A stretch of DNA of 64,000 nucleotides from Planctomycetota bacterium (GCA_038231435.1 JBBRLJ010000006.1:1-64000), one strand, 5' to 3'. Shown: positions 16,581-26,476, counted from the first letter of the stretch. A program made the numbers and translations. Notes: generated by a model not told the origin, from the letters alone.

Positions 16581-18803
16581 TCAGGGCGCGACCGGCACCA
16601 GGCGGAAGGCCGCGTCCCTGCCGCGGTCCTCGCGGTTCGCCTTGGGAAATGCCTCGCGCGGAGTGAGCGCGCGCAGGATCGGCGCCACGTCGATCACCGC
16701 CGCGCGTCCCGGCTCGACCACGACCGGCGTCGGCTCGACCAATGCGGCGGCTCCGGTCCAGGGATCGAACCAGGTCGCGCGGTAGCGTCCGGCGGGCAGG
16801 CCGTCGAAGGCGATGCCGCCGGTGGCGTCGCCCGCGAAGAACCAGCCATGGAGCTCGGGTCGGGCATCGCGCGTGGCCAGGGCGAACGCGCGTACCCCGC
16901 CGACACCGGTCACGCGCGGAGCGGTCTCGCCCGATACGGCGGGCGGGCGCAGCCGATCCGGATCGAGGCCGGCGAGGAACACACGCAATGCCCGCAGCTG
17001 CGCGGCATTGTCGACGGGGTAGTGATCGTGGTCGAATGGCCCGGCGCCCGCCCTCCAGCGCGCCTCGCCGAACTCCTTGCCGTCGTCCCAGTCCATGACC
17101 GTGCCGCTCTCGCCCGAGAACACCGCGGCCCAGATGCCGTGGTGGTAGAGCGTCGGGTACAGCGCCGATGGCGCATCGCTCGGATCGCCGCGATCGGCCG
17201 CGCCGAACTCGCTGATCAGGCGCGCCTGGCCGCCTGCGCCTGGCCGCGACGAGAAAGCGGCGACGCCGTCGATGACGTGGTTCCACACGTCCTTGTAGGT
17301 CGAGTGCGATGGCCAGGTCGGATACCAGTGCCAGCCGACAACGTCCGGCCGCGCATCCGCGAGCGGCCCGCCGTCCCACGCGATGTTGCCCTCGGGGGCG
17401 AACTCGGAGCCGATGCTGGTGGTCGCGGCGTGGAGCGGATGGTGGAACGGATCGCCGGCGTAGGCGAGGCCGTCGGCGCGCGATAGCGAGCCGCGCATCA
17501 GCCTGACCATGTCGGCGAGCCAGCGCGAGCAGTCGGGATGGGCCCACCAGCCGGTCTTCAGCGCCATGATGCCATGCTCGTCTCCGACTCCGTCGAGCTC
17601 GTCGATCAGTACCCACAGGCCGAGCGCGCGCGACGACCCCCAGCGCGCGATCAGGTAGCGCACGTAGTCGGCCTGGTAATCGAACAGCCGTGCCCGCCAG
17701 TCATCGCTCGCAACGCGCGGATCGGCGGCGAAGAATGACCACGCGTCGCCCGCGTGGAACGCGCTGAAGCCATTGAGTTTCGCCGGAGCGCTGGCGCCGC
17801 CATCGTCGGCGACGCTCCAGCCGCTCTCGTTGCGGCCCCAGGCGTGCGACTTCATCTGGAAGCACTGGTGCGGCAGCGGCGACAGCAGCATGCGCACGGT
17901 GGGTTTCCCGGCGGAGCCTTCGCACGAGGCCACCAGCCGATCGAAGGCCTTCGCCCGACCCTGATCGTAGCTCGACCACGACATCCAGGCCGCAGCCGCA
18001 GGCAGCGGCTCGCGCGCCCAGCCGCCATCGTCGCCGCGCCAGTGCTCGGCGCGATCACAATGCACGAGCAGGAATTCCCACGGCGCCATCCACTGGTTCA
18101 GCAGGTCGAAGCCGTTCTCGCGCAGCATCGGCAGCAGGTCGCGGTCGCGGTCGATGCCCTCGCACGCCGCCCAGCCGCCGACCGCAGGATCGCTGGCCAC
18201 CACCCAGGCGCGGCAGGCGCCGAACAGCCAACGCGCGCGCGTGCCGCCGTCGCTCTCGCGGCTGCGCAGGTATGCGGGATGCTCGGATCCGCTCGGAGCC
18301 ACCAGCGGCCCGGCGATGCCGGGTTCGACGCTCGCCAGGATCGTTCCCGGGAGCGCGATCCCGGTGTCGCCGGAACGCGCCCCCATGGCGCCGGCGCCGT
18401 GCAGCGCCACCCGCCAAGCGCCGGCGCGCTGGGGCGACCAACGCACCCGCCAGCGCCAGGGCCCCCCGCGCTGATCGCGCATCGCGAACGCGGGCACGGT
18501 GATGGCCTCGCCAGGATTCCCGGCATCGGGGGTGAAGGTCGCCTGGACGCGAGCCCAGGTGCCTTCGCGATCAGCGTCATAGGCGTCGTGGACCTGGTCA
18601 TCGGGAAGCTCGGCGATGAAGGCCAGCTCGCCGGAGAAGGTCAGGTCGAGCTCGGTGGTGACGAAGACCGTGGCCCCGGTTGGCAGCTGGGCCGACACGG
18701 CATCGGCCGCGCCCAGGTACGCAGCCGCGCACCACGCTCCACACACCGTAGCGCAGACCACCGCCGCCCGGGCGATCGACGGGCACATGGCGTAGCGATG
18801 CAT
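16581..18803 (-). CDS. Secreted putative clan GH-A glycoside hydrolase (DUF5060-like N-domain, TIM barrel)
   Basis: Signal peptide; WRVRWSP..GAW, YVRYLIARWG, WVLIDE, HWY, LISEFG, GRYRATWFDPWTG. Confidence 0.6.
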   Translation of the reverse strand: MHRYAMCPSIARAAVVCATVCGAWCAAAYLGAADAVSAQLPTGATVFVTTELDLTFSGELAFIAELPDDQVHDAYDADREGTWARVQATFTPDAGNPGEAITVPAFAMRDQRGGPWRWRVRWSPQRAGAWRVALHGAGAMGARSGDTGIALPGTILASVEPGIAGPLVAPSGSEHPAYLRSRESDGGTRARWLFGACRAWVVASDPAVGGWAACEGIDRDRDLLPMLRENGFDLLNQWMAPWEFLLVHCDRAEHWRGDDGGWAREPLPAAAAWMSWSSYDQGRAKAFDRLVASCEGSAGKPTVRMLLSPLPHQCFQMKSHAWGRNESGWSVADDGGASAPAKLNGFSAFHAGDAWSFFAADPRVASDDWRARLFDYQADYVRYLIARWGSSRALGLWVLIDELDGVGDEHGIMALKTGWWAHPDCSRWLADMVRLMRGSLSRADGLAYAGDPFHHPLHAATTSIGSEFAPEGNIAWDGGPLADARPDVVGWHWYPTWPSHSTYKDVWNHVIDGVAAFSSRPGAGGQARLISEFGAADRGDPSDAPSALYPTLYHHGIWAAVFSGESGTVMDWDDGKEFGEARWRAGAGPFDHDHYPVDNAAQLRALRVFLAGLDPDRLRPPAVSGETAPRVTGVGGVRAFALATRDARPELHGWFFAGDATGGIAFDGLPAGRYRATWFDPWTGAAALVEPTPVVVEPGRAAVIDVAPILRALTPREAFPKANREDRGRDAAFRLVPVAP

Positions 18804-18858
18804 GCAGAAGAGGTACCGCCGCGCGGGCGCCGCCGTTGAGATGGGCGGGGCGAGCGCA

Positions 18859-18886
18859 TTGACCGCACCCGTGGGCCGGATACGCT
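18859..18886 (+). promoter_or_regulatory. Sigma70-type promoter for the thrS leader
   Basis: TTGACC-N16-TACGCT. Confidence 0.5.
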
Positions 18887-18895
18887 GCTTTTTCC

Positions 18896-18940
18896 ATGTG
18901 CGCCCCGCGAACGACGACTCCTGAGCGAACTATCGGCTGA
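18896..18940 (+). CDS. Putative Thr-rich leader peptide MCAPRTTTPERTIG
   Basis: ATG...ACG ACG ACT...ACT...TGA just after the promoter, ending 100 nt before thrS. Confidence 0.5.
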   Translation: MCAPRTTTPERTIG

Positions 18941-19039
18941 CGCGTCCCCAACAGGTCGCGACGCGTCCCGGTTTCCAGTCGTTCCGCATCCCCCGCGCAT
19001 TCGTCACCGAATGAGCTTCTCCGAATGAAAGGGCGCTCC

Positions 19040-21019
19040 ATGCCCCGCTTCACGCTGCCCGACGGCAAGGTCCTCGAATTCCCCAACCCCGTTTCCGGAC
19101 GCGCCATCGCCGAGTCGATCGGACCCGGCCTCGCCCGCAAGGCGATCGGCATCAAGCTCGGTTCCGAGCTCCGCGATCTCGACCGCCTGATCGCCGAGGA
19201 TGCTCCGATCCGCATCATCACCGCCACCAACGAGGACCCGGACTCGCTCTTCCTGCTGCGCCACAGCTGCGCGCACGTGCTCGCCGAAGCGGTGTGCACG
19301 CTGTTCCCGGGCACGCGCCTGGCCTACGGCCCGGCCATCGAGGACGGCTTCTTCTACGACATGGCGACACCGCGCGCGCTCACCAGCGAGGACTTCGCCG
19401 CCATCGAGCAGGAGATGGCGCGCATCGTCAAGGAGAACCGCCCCTTCGTGCGCACGGACTATCCGTGCGAGGCCGGACTCGCGCGCACGGCCGGCGACAA
19501 GTACAAGCACGACAACGCCGAGCGTGCCATCGCCAAGGGCTCGAAGACGATCTCGTTCTATGCCACGGGCAAGGCCGACGCGCATGGCGGCAAGCAGCCG
19601 TGGGAGGACCTCTGCGCCGGTCCGCACGTGCCGGCGACGGGCGTGCTCGGCGCGCACAAGGTGATGTCGGTGGCCGGCGCCTACTGGCACGGCGACCAGA
19701 ACAGCGATCAGCTGACGCGCATCTACGGCACCTGCTTCGCCGACGACAAGGGCCTCAAGGCCCATCTGCACCGCATCGAGGAAGCGAAGAAGCGCGACCA
19801 CCGCAAGGTCGGCAAGGAGATGGATCTCTTCCACCTCCAGGACGACAACCCCGGCCAGATCTTCTGGCACCCGAAGGGCTGGTCGATCTACCTCGCCCTC
19901 GAGGACTACATCCGCGCCAAGATCCGCTTACGCGGCTACGTCGAGGTCAAGACGCCCTCGGTGATGTCGAAATCGCTGTGGGAGAAGTCGGGGCATTGGG
20001 CGAAGTACCGCGACAACATGTTCATCACCCAGGCCGAGGAACGCGAGTTCGCGCTCAAGCCGATGAACTGCCCAGGGCACATCGAGATCTTCAAGCAGGG
20101 CCTGAAGTCGTACCGCGAGCTGCCGCTGCGCATGGCCGAGTTCGGCTCGTGCGTGCGCAACGAGCTGTCGGGCGCGCTGCACGGCATCATGCGCGTGCGC
20201 GGCTTCGTCCAGGACGACGCGCACATCTTCTGCACCGAGGCCCAGATCCCCGGCGAGGTCGCCGAGTTCTGCGGCCTCTTGAAGGAGGTCTACCGCGACT
20301 TCGGGTTCGGGGACGACCGCATCCTGGTCAAGTTCTCGACGCGGCCGGCGGTGCGCGTCGGCTCCGACGAGACCTGGGACCGCGCCGAGGCGGCGCTGGC
20401 GGGAGCCTGCAAGCAGGCTGGGCTCGCGTACGTGATCCACCCGGGCGAGGGCGCCTTCTACGGTCCCAAGCTCGAATTCACGCTGCTCGACTCGTTGGGC
20501 CGTCACTGGCAGTGCGGCACCATCCAGGTCGACTACCAGCTGCCCTCGGCCGAGCGGCTCGATGCGCAGTACGTGGGCGAGGACGGGCAGAAGCACCACC
20601 CGGTGATCCTGCACCGCGCGATCCTCGGCTCGATCGAGCGCTTCATCGGCATCCTCATCGAGCACTTCTCGGGAAAGTTCCCGCTCTGGCTCTCGCCCGA
20701 GCAGGTGCGCGTGCTGCCGATCACCGACGAGCACGTGCCGTACGCGGCGCAGGTGGTGCGAGGACTCGCCGAGGCCGGCTTCCGCGCGACCTCCGATCCG
20801 ACTCCCGACAAGCTCGGCGCCAAGATCCGCTCGGCACGCAACGACCGCTGCACCTACTTCGCGGTGGTCGGAGCCCAGGAGGTCGCCGACGGCACCGTCG
20901 CCCTGCAGAACCAGGCCGGCGAGAAGTTGGGCACGCTCACGCTCGCCCAGCTGATCGAACGCCTGGGGCGCGAGGTCGCCGACAAGTCGCTCCCGCGCGA
21001 GGCCCCCGCCCAGGCGTGA
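19040..21019 (+). CDS. thrS: Threonine--tRNA ligase
   Basis: TLPDG TGS domain, RHSCAH, DLCAGPH, RDHRKVG, LKPMNCPGH, GAFYGPK, HRAILGSIERF. Confidence 0.98.
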   Translation: MPRFTLPDGKVLEFPNPVSGRAIAESIGPGLARKAIGIKLGSELRDLDRLIAEDAPIRIITATNEDPDSLFLLRHSCAHVLAEAVCTLFPGTRLAYGPAIEDGFFYDMATPRALTSEDFAAIEQEMARIVKENRPFVRTDYPCEAGLARTAGDKYKHDNAERAIAKGSKTISFYATGKADAHGGKQPWEDLCAGPHVPATGVLGAHKVMSVAGAYWHGDQNSDQLTRIYGTCFADDKGLKAHLHRIEEAKKRDHRKVGKEMDLFHLQDDNPGQIFWHPKGWSIYLALEDYIRAKIRLRGYVEVKTPSVMSKSLWEKSGHWAKYRDNMFITQAEEREFALKPMNCPGHIEIFKQGLKSYRELPLRMAEFGSCVRNELSGALHGIMRVRGFVQDDAHIFCTEAQIPGEVAEFCGLLKEVYRDFGFGDDRILVKFSTRPAVRVGSDETWDRAEAALAGACKQAGLAYVIHPGEGAFYGPKLEFTLLDSLGRHWQCGTIQVDYQLPSAERLDAQYVGEDGQKHHPVILHRAILGSIERFIGILIEHFSGKFPLWLSPEQVRVLPITDEHVPYAAQVVRGLAEAGFRATSDPTPDKLGAKIRSARNDRCTYFAVVGAQEVADGTVALQNQAGEKLGTLTLAQLIERLGREVADKSLPREAPAQA

Positions 21020-21070
21020 CCGCGTTGAATCCCGTGCTGATCGCGATGGGTGCGGCCATCCACCTTCACG

Positions 21071-21352
21071 AAACTCACCCCGACCGCCGAGCCCTGGTCT
21101 GCGTGATACAATGGGCGTAGCCCATCACGCAGACTATTCAGCTGCTCCCGCAGCTGAATAGAAGGGCGACAAAGGTGCGCAGGGGCCCGGGGGCAGAGCC
21201 CCTGAAAGTACTGTCCGTAAAACTCACCCCGACCGCCGAGCCCTGGTCTGCGTGATACAATGGGCGTAGCCCATCACGCAGACTATTCAGCTGCTCCCGC
21301 AGCTGAATAGAAGGGCGACAAAGGTGCGCGGGGGCCCGGGGCAGAGCCCCCT
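21071..21352 (-). repeat. Structured repeat subfamily A3, two tandem near-identical copies
   Basis: Copies at 21071-21204 and 21220-21352; reverse strand has GGGGCTCTGCCCC, CTTTGTCG, bulged hairpin, CTCGGCG. Confidence 0.92.
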
Positions 21353-21370
21353 CACCAAAAAAGGAAAGCC

Positions 21371-21733
21371 ATGGATATCGACAGCCTGATGAAGTCGTTC
21401 GGACCGGTGCAGGAGAGCATGAAAAAGGCGGACGCCGAGCGCGCGGCGGCCACCATCGAGGGCAGCGCCGGCGGAGGCGCGGTGAAGGTCTCGCTCAAGG
21501 GTGATCTGACCGTCACCAAGCTGGTGATCGCAACGGCGGCGGCTACGGCCTCGCAGGGCGACGTCGCGATGCTCGAGGACCTGATCCTGGCGGCGGTGAA
21601 CGACGCGCTGCGCCAGTACAAGGTGCGCTTCGGCGCCTCGCCCGACGAGCAGTTGCAGAAGATGCTCGGCGGCACCGGGCTCGGCGCGATGATGGGGCCG
21701 CTGATGAATTCCCTGGGACGCAAGCCCAGCTGA
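21371..21733 (+). CDS. ybaB: YbaB/EbfC nucleoid-associated protein
   Basis: EGSAGGGAVKV, DVAMLEDLILAAVNDA. Confidence 0.9.
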   Translation: MDIDSLMKSFGPVQESMKKADAERAAATIEGSAGGGAVKVSLKGDLTVTKLVIATAAATASQGDVAMLEDLILAAVNDALRQYKVRFGASPDEQLQKMLGGTGLGAMMGPLMNSLGRKPS

Positions 21734-21892
21734 GCCCACGACAGCAGACGAGGGGTCGCTCCGCATATCACGAAGCCTTGCGAGGCTTCGCTCCCCACCA
21801 TGTACGGTTCGTCCAGATGATCCCACCGACCTGGGCGTTTGCCCTGAACGCGAGCACCAGGCGCCGGTACCAGACCGGTAAGGGACCGACCG

Positions 21893-23140
21893 TCAGGCCG
21901 GAGGCTCCCGTCGCCCCACCAGTCCTGGCCGCGATCGTCCGAGCGCCGCGATGAGCGTCGACTCCGATCCGGGTTCCCGCGGCGCGGGCGCCGCCGCGGC
22001 TTCGGGGGAGGTGAAATCGGGCTGTCTGGGAGAACCGAGCACCAGTCCCGGAATGATTGTGGACGCCAACGTGTAGATGACGAGGCCGCCGATGAGGTAC
22101 TCGGGAACCGCGAATTGCTCCTTCAGAATGCGCGAGAGCACCAAGGTGAAGACCAATGTCGGCAAGAGGGCCGTGGCGATCCGCGTGGACGACCGGAGTG
22201 GTTTGGCGAGCGCCAGCTTACGATGTCCGATGATGGTCGCGACGCGCAGAGGCAGCACGACCACGACGAATGCAGCGCCGACCTCGAGCGCAGGGAGGCC
22301 GAAGTCCTCACGGCTGAACTCCAACCCCGCGTGGAAGAAATAGAACGGGATGAAAAAGGAAGCGAACAGCTCGATCGCATCGATGATGCGCGGCGATACG
22401 AGTTCGGGGACGAACGCGCGCGTGCGCTGGGCGATGACTCCGGCGAGGAACGCTCCCAAGAGATAGTACGCTCCGAGCATCTTGGTCGCGTAGGCGCACA
22501 CCACCGCGAGGACGAGCAGGAAGGCGAATTCGGAGCGCGGCGCGGTTGGCATCAGGAATCGCGCGAAGATCCACATGGCCACTGGCAGGACGACCACCAA
22601 TCCGGTCAGAGCAAGCCCGGACAGCACGAGTTGCTGGGTCGACGAGGATTGGGTACATACGAACAAGACTCCCAGCGCGAGCAGTTCAGCAGCGATCGAT
22701 TTGGTCTTCACCATGAAGCGGTCCTCGGCGTTCAACCCGAACGCATCCAGACTGCTGAGGATGAATCCGGTCGAGGGCGTCAGGAGCGCGAGCGCCACGA
22801 TCACCGCGGGGCGGAGATCGAGGGAAAAACACCAATGCACCGCGTACGCGGTCGCGGCGATGCTGGCGGAACGGATGAGGATATGCTGCAGCAGCAGCTT
22901 CGCTCGAGCCCGCAACTCGCCGAAGTCGACCTCGAGCCCTGCGAAAAGGAACAGCGATACGATGCCGAATACCGACAGCAGCGAGATCGTGCTCTCATGC
23001 TGGAAGATCCCGAATCCCAATCCGCATGCCGCCCCGAGGCCGAGGCTGGTGATCGCCGTCGGCAAGCGCAATCGTTGAAGCGCCTGTGGCAGCACGAACA
23101 GCGCGAAGACGAGAGCGATGTACCAGAGATCGCTCGGCAT
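21893..23140 (-). CDS. Cation:proton antiporter (CPA2/Kef-type membrane domain)
   Basis: Many TMs, LFLFAGLEVD, LLGAFLAG, FFIPFYFFHAG. Confidence 0.85.
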   Translation of the reverse strand: MPSDLWYIALVFALFVLPQALQRLRLPTAITSLGLGAACGLGFGIFQHESTISLLSVFGIVSLFLFAGLEVDFGELRARAKLLLQHILIRSASIAATAYAVHWCFSLDLRPAVIVALALLTPSTGFILSSLDAFGLNAEDRFMVKTKSIAAELLALGVLFVCTQSSSTQQLVLSGLALTGLVVVLPVAMWIFARFLMPTAPRSEFAFLLVLAVVCAYATKMLGAYYLLGAFLAGVIAQRTRAFVPELVSPRIIDAIELFASFFIPFYFFHAGLEFSREDFGLPALEVGAAFVVVVLPLRVATIIGHRKLALAKPLRSSTRIATALLPTLVFTLVLSRILKEQFAVPEYLIGGLVIYTLASTIIPGLVLGSPRQPDFTSPEAAAAPAPREPGSESTLIAALGRSRPGLVGRREPPA

Positions 23141-23380
23141 GTCAGGGGACCTCAGCAGGGCGGAGCGCGTCAAATACCGAGACCTTAGTCACAATACCCC
23201 TGATTCCGCTGTCATCGAGCCTGGCTGCCGACAAAGGTCTAGATACCTGTCCGGCACCATCATTTGACAGCAAATGCATTGTCCAGACCGTCATCTTCGA
23301 TGCCTCGCACTGGTCCGTCGTCTACAGGGAGGGCCGCTTCTCGGCCTCGGGGCGGTGCTGCAACCCGGCCATGGAAAGGC

Positions 23381-23878
23381 GTGACTGCGCTGGACCAGGA
23401 GCCCACCCACCGTCGCATCCTCCGATCCGTGCGACGCGTGATGCGGCGGGTCGAGATGAGTTCGCGATTACTAGAGAACGATTACGGAGTCACCGCTCCG
23501 CAATTGATCTGCCTGATCGAGATCGGCGCCGTCGAGTCGATCACCCAGATCCAGCTGAGCGATCGTGTCCATGTGACCCCGAGCACGTTGGTGGGAGTCC
23601 TTGATCGGCTGCAGGCCAAGAAACGGATCCGTCGACGACGCGATCAGGTGGATCGTCGACGCATCAATGTGTCGGCGACGGCGGCCGGGCTGCACCTTGT
23701 CCAGCAAGCGCCTCCGCCGCTCCAAGACACGCTTCTCAAGGGTCTCGGTCGGCTTCCCGAACGAGACTTGAAGTCGATGGCGGTAGCGCTCGAACGACTG
23801 GTCGACCTGCTCGAAGCACGTGGCGTCGCGGCCGAACCCCTGCTGGCCCCGGGCCCCATCCCGAAGCCCAACGGTTGA
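23381..23878 (+). CDS. MarR family transcriptional regulator
   Basis: GVTAPQLICL, STLVGVLDRL, RDQVDRR. Confidence 0.9.
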   Translation: MTALDQEPTHRRILRSVRRVMRRVEMSSRLLENDYGVTAPQLICLIEIGAVESITQIQLSDRVHVTPSTLVGVLDRLQAKKRIRRRRDQVDRRRINVSATAAGLHLVQQAPPPLQDTLLKGLGRLPERDLKSMAVALERLVDLLEARGVAAEPLLAPGPIPKPNG

Positions 23879-25869
23879 CCGACACCGAACGACATTCGAC
23901 GGCGCATCAGGCGCCAGCCGCTCATCCACCGCGCAGCCCCCGTTCCTGGATACGGAGCGCGCTCACCCATGAGACAGGGCGTTGGATCATGCTGGCTGGC
24001 AGCGTGGGCGTGATCTGCGGTGTCGCCGGATTCGTGCTCCAGGCCGGAGCCGACGCACTCGGGCTGCTCCTGCTGCAACGGATTGGTGGACTGCCACCAC
24101 TGATCGCGGCTGGTCACGCTACGATGCCGACCCAGGACGCTGGGGCGATCCGGTGGCCGGTCCTGCTGCTGGTGCTCGGAGCCGGAGGGGCTCTCTCAGG
24201 ATATCTGGCCTCGCGATTCGCCCTGGCTGCCAAGGGCGGCGGGACCAGCCACGCGATCATCGCGTACCATCAGCATCGCGGACATATTCCCGTGAGCGTG
24301 CCGCTGACCAAGATCGCCGCTTCGGTGGCCACCCTGGGGTCTGGAGGCAGCGCCGGTCGCGAGGGGCCGATCGCCCTGGTCGGTGCGGGATTCGCGAGCT
24401 GGTTCGCTCAACGACTGCACCTGTCCACGCGGGACCGGCGCATCTTGTTGATCGCGGGTATCGCCGGTGGCATCGCCGCCGTGTTCCGGGCTCCGCTGGC
24501 CGCGTCCCTCTTCGCCTGCGAGGTGCTCTACTTCGGTGCCGATCTCGAGGCTGAGGCGCTGATTCCGGCCTTCATCGCCGCGATCGTCGGCTACTGCGTC
24601 TCTGGCCAGCTCGATGGCCTCTGGTGTTCTGTCACCGGGTGGTTTACGCCGTATGGATCGACGTTGTTCGATCCACCCACCGGACTCGGGTTTGGTATCG
24701 GAGATTGGCCCCAGCTCGTCGGCTACACGATCCTGGTGCTGGCGGTGGTGATGACGGCTCATGCGTTCATTGGGGCGACCTCACGCATCGGTCGCGCCAT
24801 CGATGCGAGTCGTCGTCCCCTGTGGCTGACTGCGGGCCTGGGGGCGATGACGGCTGGGGCCCTGGCATTGTCGTTGGTCGCCATCGGCAGTGTGCTCGCT
24901 CCTCGTGGCCTGGGAACGATCCTGCCGTCGACCCTCGGAAGCGGCTATGGCGCGATCCATTGGTGTCTGCATGGCGGCATGCATGCCGCGAGTTGGGCAG
25001 TGCCCGTCGCCCTCATCGCCATCGCCCTGGGCAAGGTCCTGACCACAGCGTTCACCGTCGCCAGCGGAGGTTCGGGCGGGATGTTCGGCCCCAGCATCGC
25101 GATCGGTGGCTGCGTCGGTGGCGCGGTTGGCACCGCAATGGATGGTCTCGCCATCGCACCACCGCCTGCCGCGGCGCTGCTGCTGGGCATGGCGGGTCTG
25201 CTGACCGCCACCCACCGGACTCCCGTGGCGGCGATGCTCATGGTCGCGGAGATTTCTGGCAGCTATCTGCTGCTGATCCCGTCGATGTGGGTGGTCGGCC
25301 TGAGCTTCCTGCTCATGCGCGGACGCAGCGTCCTCGTCGGGCAGATCGAGCATCTGCATGAGAGTCCCGCTCATCGCAGCCACCTGTTCTCCGACGTGTT
25401 CGCCGCGGCATCGGTCGGGGACCTGCTTCCGCTCGCTCCGGCCCTGGTGCCGGTGCCGCTCACGATGGCACTGGGGAGATGCCGGGAGATCATCATGGAA
25501 AGCGATCAGGCGGTGCTTCCGGTCGTTGATGGCGCGGGTCGACTCGTCGGCATGGTGTCGCACGAGGACCTTCGGACGCTGGGGCGCGAACCGATGCTCG
25601 ATCACATCGTCCTCGCGGGCGATGTCGCCAGCGGAGCCGCCTCGGCCCTCGTCGCGGCAGATTCCCTCGCACGAGCGATGCGCCGCATGACCGATCAACG
25701 CCTCGATGGCTTGCCAGTGGTCGATGCGGCCCGGCGTCCGATCGCGGTCATCAGCAGACGGATGCTGCTCGATCATTACCAGCGCGCGCTTGAACGCTCC
25801 CGATCCGACCAGCGAGCGGAAGGGTACGACACCTCCGAATCCTCGCGTCGCACCTCAGTGGACTCGTGA
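23875..25869 (+). CDS. ClC family anion channel/transporter with two CBS domains
   Basis: GSAGREGP, AVFRAPLA, SGGSGGMFGP, CBS motifs LPVVD twice. Confidence 0.92.
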   Translation: MTDTERHSTAHQAPAAHPPRSPRSWIRSALTHETGRWIMLAGSVGVICGVAGFVLQAGADALGLLLLQRIGGLPPLIAAGHATMPTQDAGAIRWPVLLLVLGAGGALSGYLASRFALAAKGGGTSHAIIAYHQHRGHIPVSVPLTKIAASVATLGSGGSAGREGPIALVGAGFASWFAQRLHLSTRDRRILLIAGIAGGIAAVFRAPLAASLFACEVLYFGADLEAEALIPAFIAAIVGYCVSGQLDGLWCSVTGWFTPYGSTLFDPPTGLGFGIGDWPQLVGYTILVLAVVMTAHAFIGATSRIGRAIDASRRPLWLTAGLGAMTAGALALSLVAIGSVLAPRGLGTILPSTLGSGYGAIHWCLHGGMHAASWAVPVALIAIALGKVLTTAFTVASGGSGGMFGPSIAIGGCVGGAVGTAMDGLAIAPPPAAALLLGMAGLLTATHRTPVAAMLMVAEISGSYLLLIPSMWVVGLSFLLMRGRSVLVGQIEHLHESPAHRSHLFSDVFAAASVGDLLPLAPALVPVPLTMALGRCREIIMESDQAVLPVVDGAGRLVGMVSHEDLRTLGREPMLDHIVLAGDVASGAASALVAADSLARAMRRMTDQRLDGLPVVDAARRPIAVISRRMLLDHYQRALERSRSDQRAEGYDTSESSRRTSVDS

Positions 25870-25955
25870 GCCATGGCATCATCCGCACTCGAGACGCACC
25901 GTGACACCGCTCCAGCTGCTCGAACGGAACGTTCAATGACATGCGCGTCAATGGT

Positions 25956-26216
25956 TCACGGATGCCTGCGCAGGTTCCGGTCGATGATGGCGTACAGGAT
26001 GAGGACATAGGACAGGAGGCGTACCCAGTATACCCATGTACCGACCTCGTTGTGGACGTCCAGGATGGCGAGCATCACGCGGTGCGTGGCCATGAGCGCG
26101 AACGAAATAGCGAAGAAGAGGAAGAGTCGATCGTGGGACCGCAACCAATAGCGCACGAAGAACAATGCGATCACAGCATATCCGAGAAAGAGGACCCCGT
26201 GGAGGAACTGGCTCAT
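25956..26216 (-). CDS. DUF5985-like small membrane protein
   Basis: FLHG...LFFVRYW..SHDRLF..FA.SF...YWVRL...IIDRN. Confidence 0.75.
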   Translation of the reverse strand: MSQFLHGVLFLGYAVIALFFVRYWLRSHDRLFLFFAISFALMATHRVMLAILDVHNEVGTWVYWVRLLSYVLILYAIIDRNLRRHP

Positions 26217-26476
26217 TTCCGCTCCCCATCGAGAGTCATCGAGACCAGCAATGTGACCATGCCAAGAATCGCCGCGATCGTAGGCCATAGCGACAGGTCC
26301 ACCTGCGGCAACACGACCCGGTCGATGAACAGCAGGACATTGCTGAGCGCCAAGAACGCGAAGCAGATGCCTGCGTGCAGGAGCAGCTTCAACCGGCTGC
26401 GGGCGTACCCGCGCCACAGGAAGATCGCCGCCAGCAAGGCGGTGACGGCGCACAGCAGATAGACGGCGGGTTCCAT
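26213..26476 (-). CDS. DUF5985-like small membrane protein
   Basis: VYLLCAVT...RGY..SR..LLL....CF..LALSN.LLF.D. Confidence 0.8.
   Translation of the reverse strand: MEPAVYLLCAVTALLAAIFLWRGYARSRLKLLLHAGICFAFLALSNVLLFIDRVVLPQVDLSLWPTIAAILGMVTLLVSMTLDGERK

Noticed and set aside
18890..19039. T-box upstream of thrS
   Set aside because: No T-box GGTGGNACC-like motif or terminator
21071..21352. CRISPR or tRNA/ncRNA gene pair
   Set aside because: Two ~133-bp copies, no cloverleaf or repeat-spacer pattern; belongs to the dispersed repeat family
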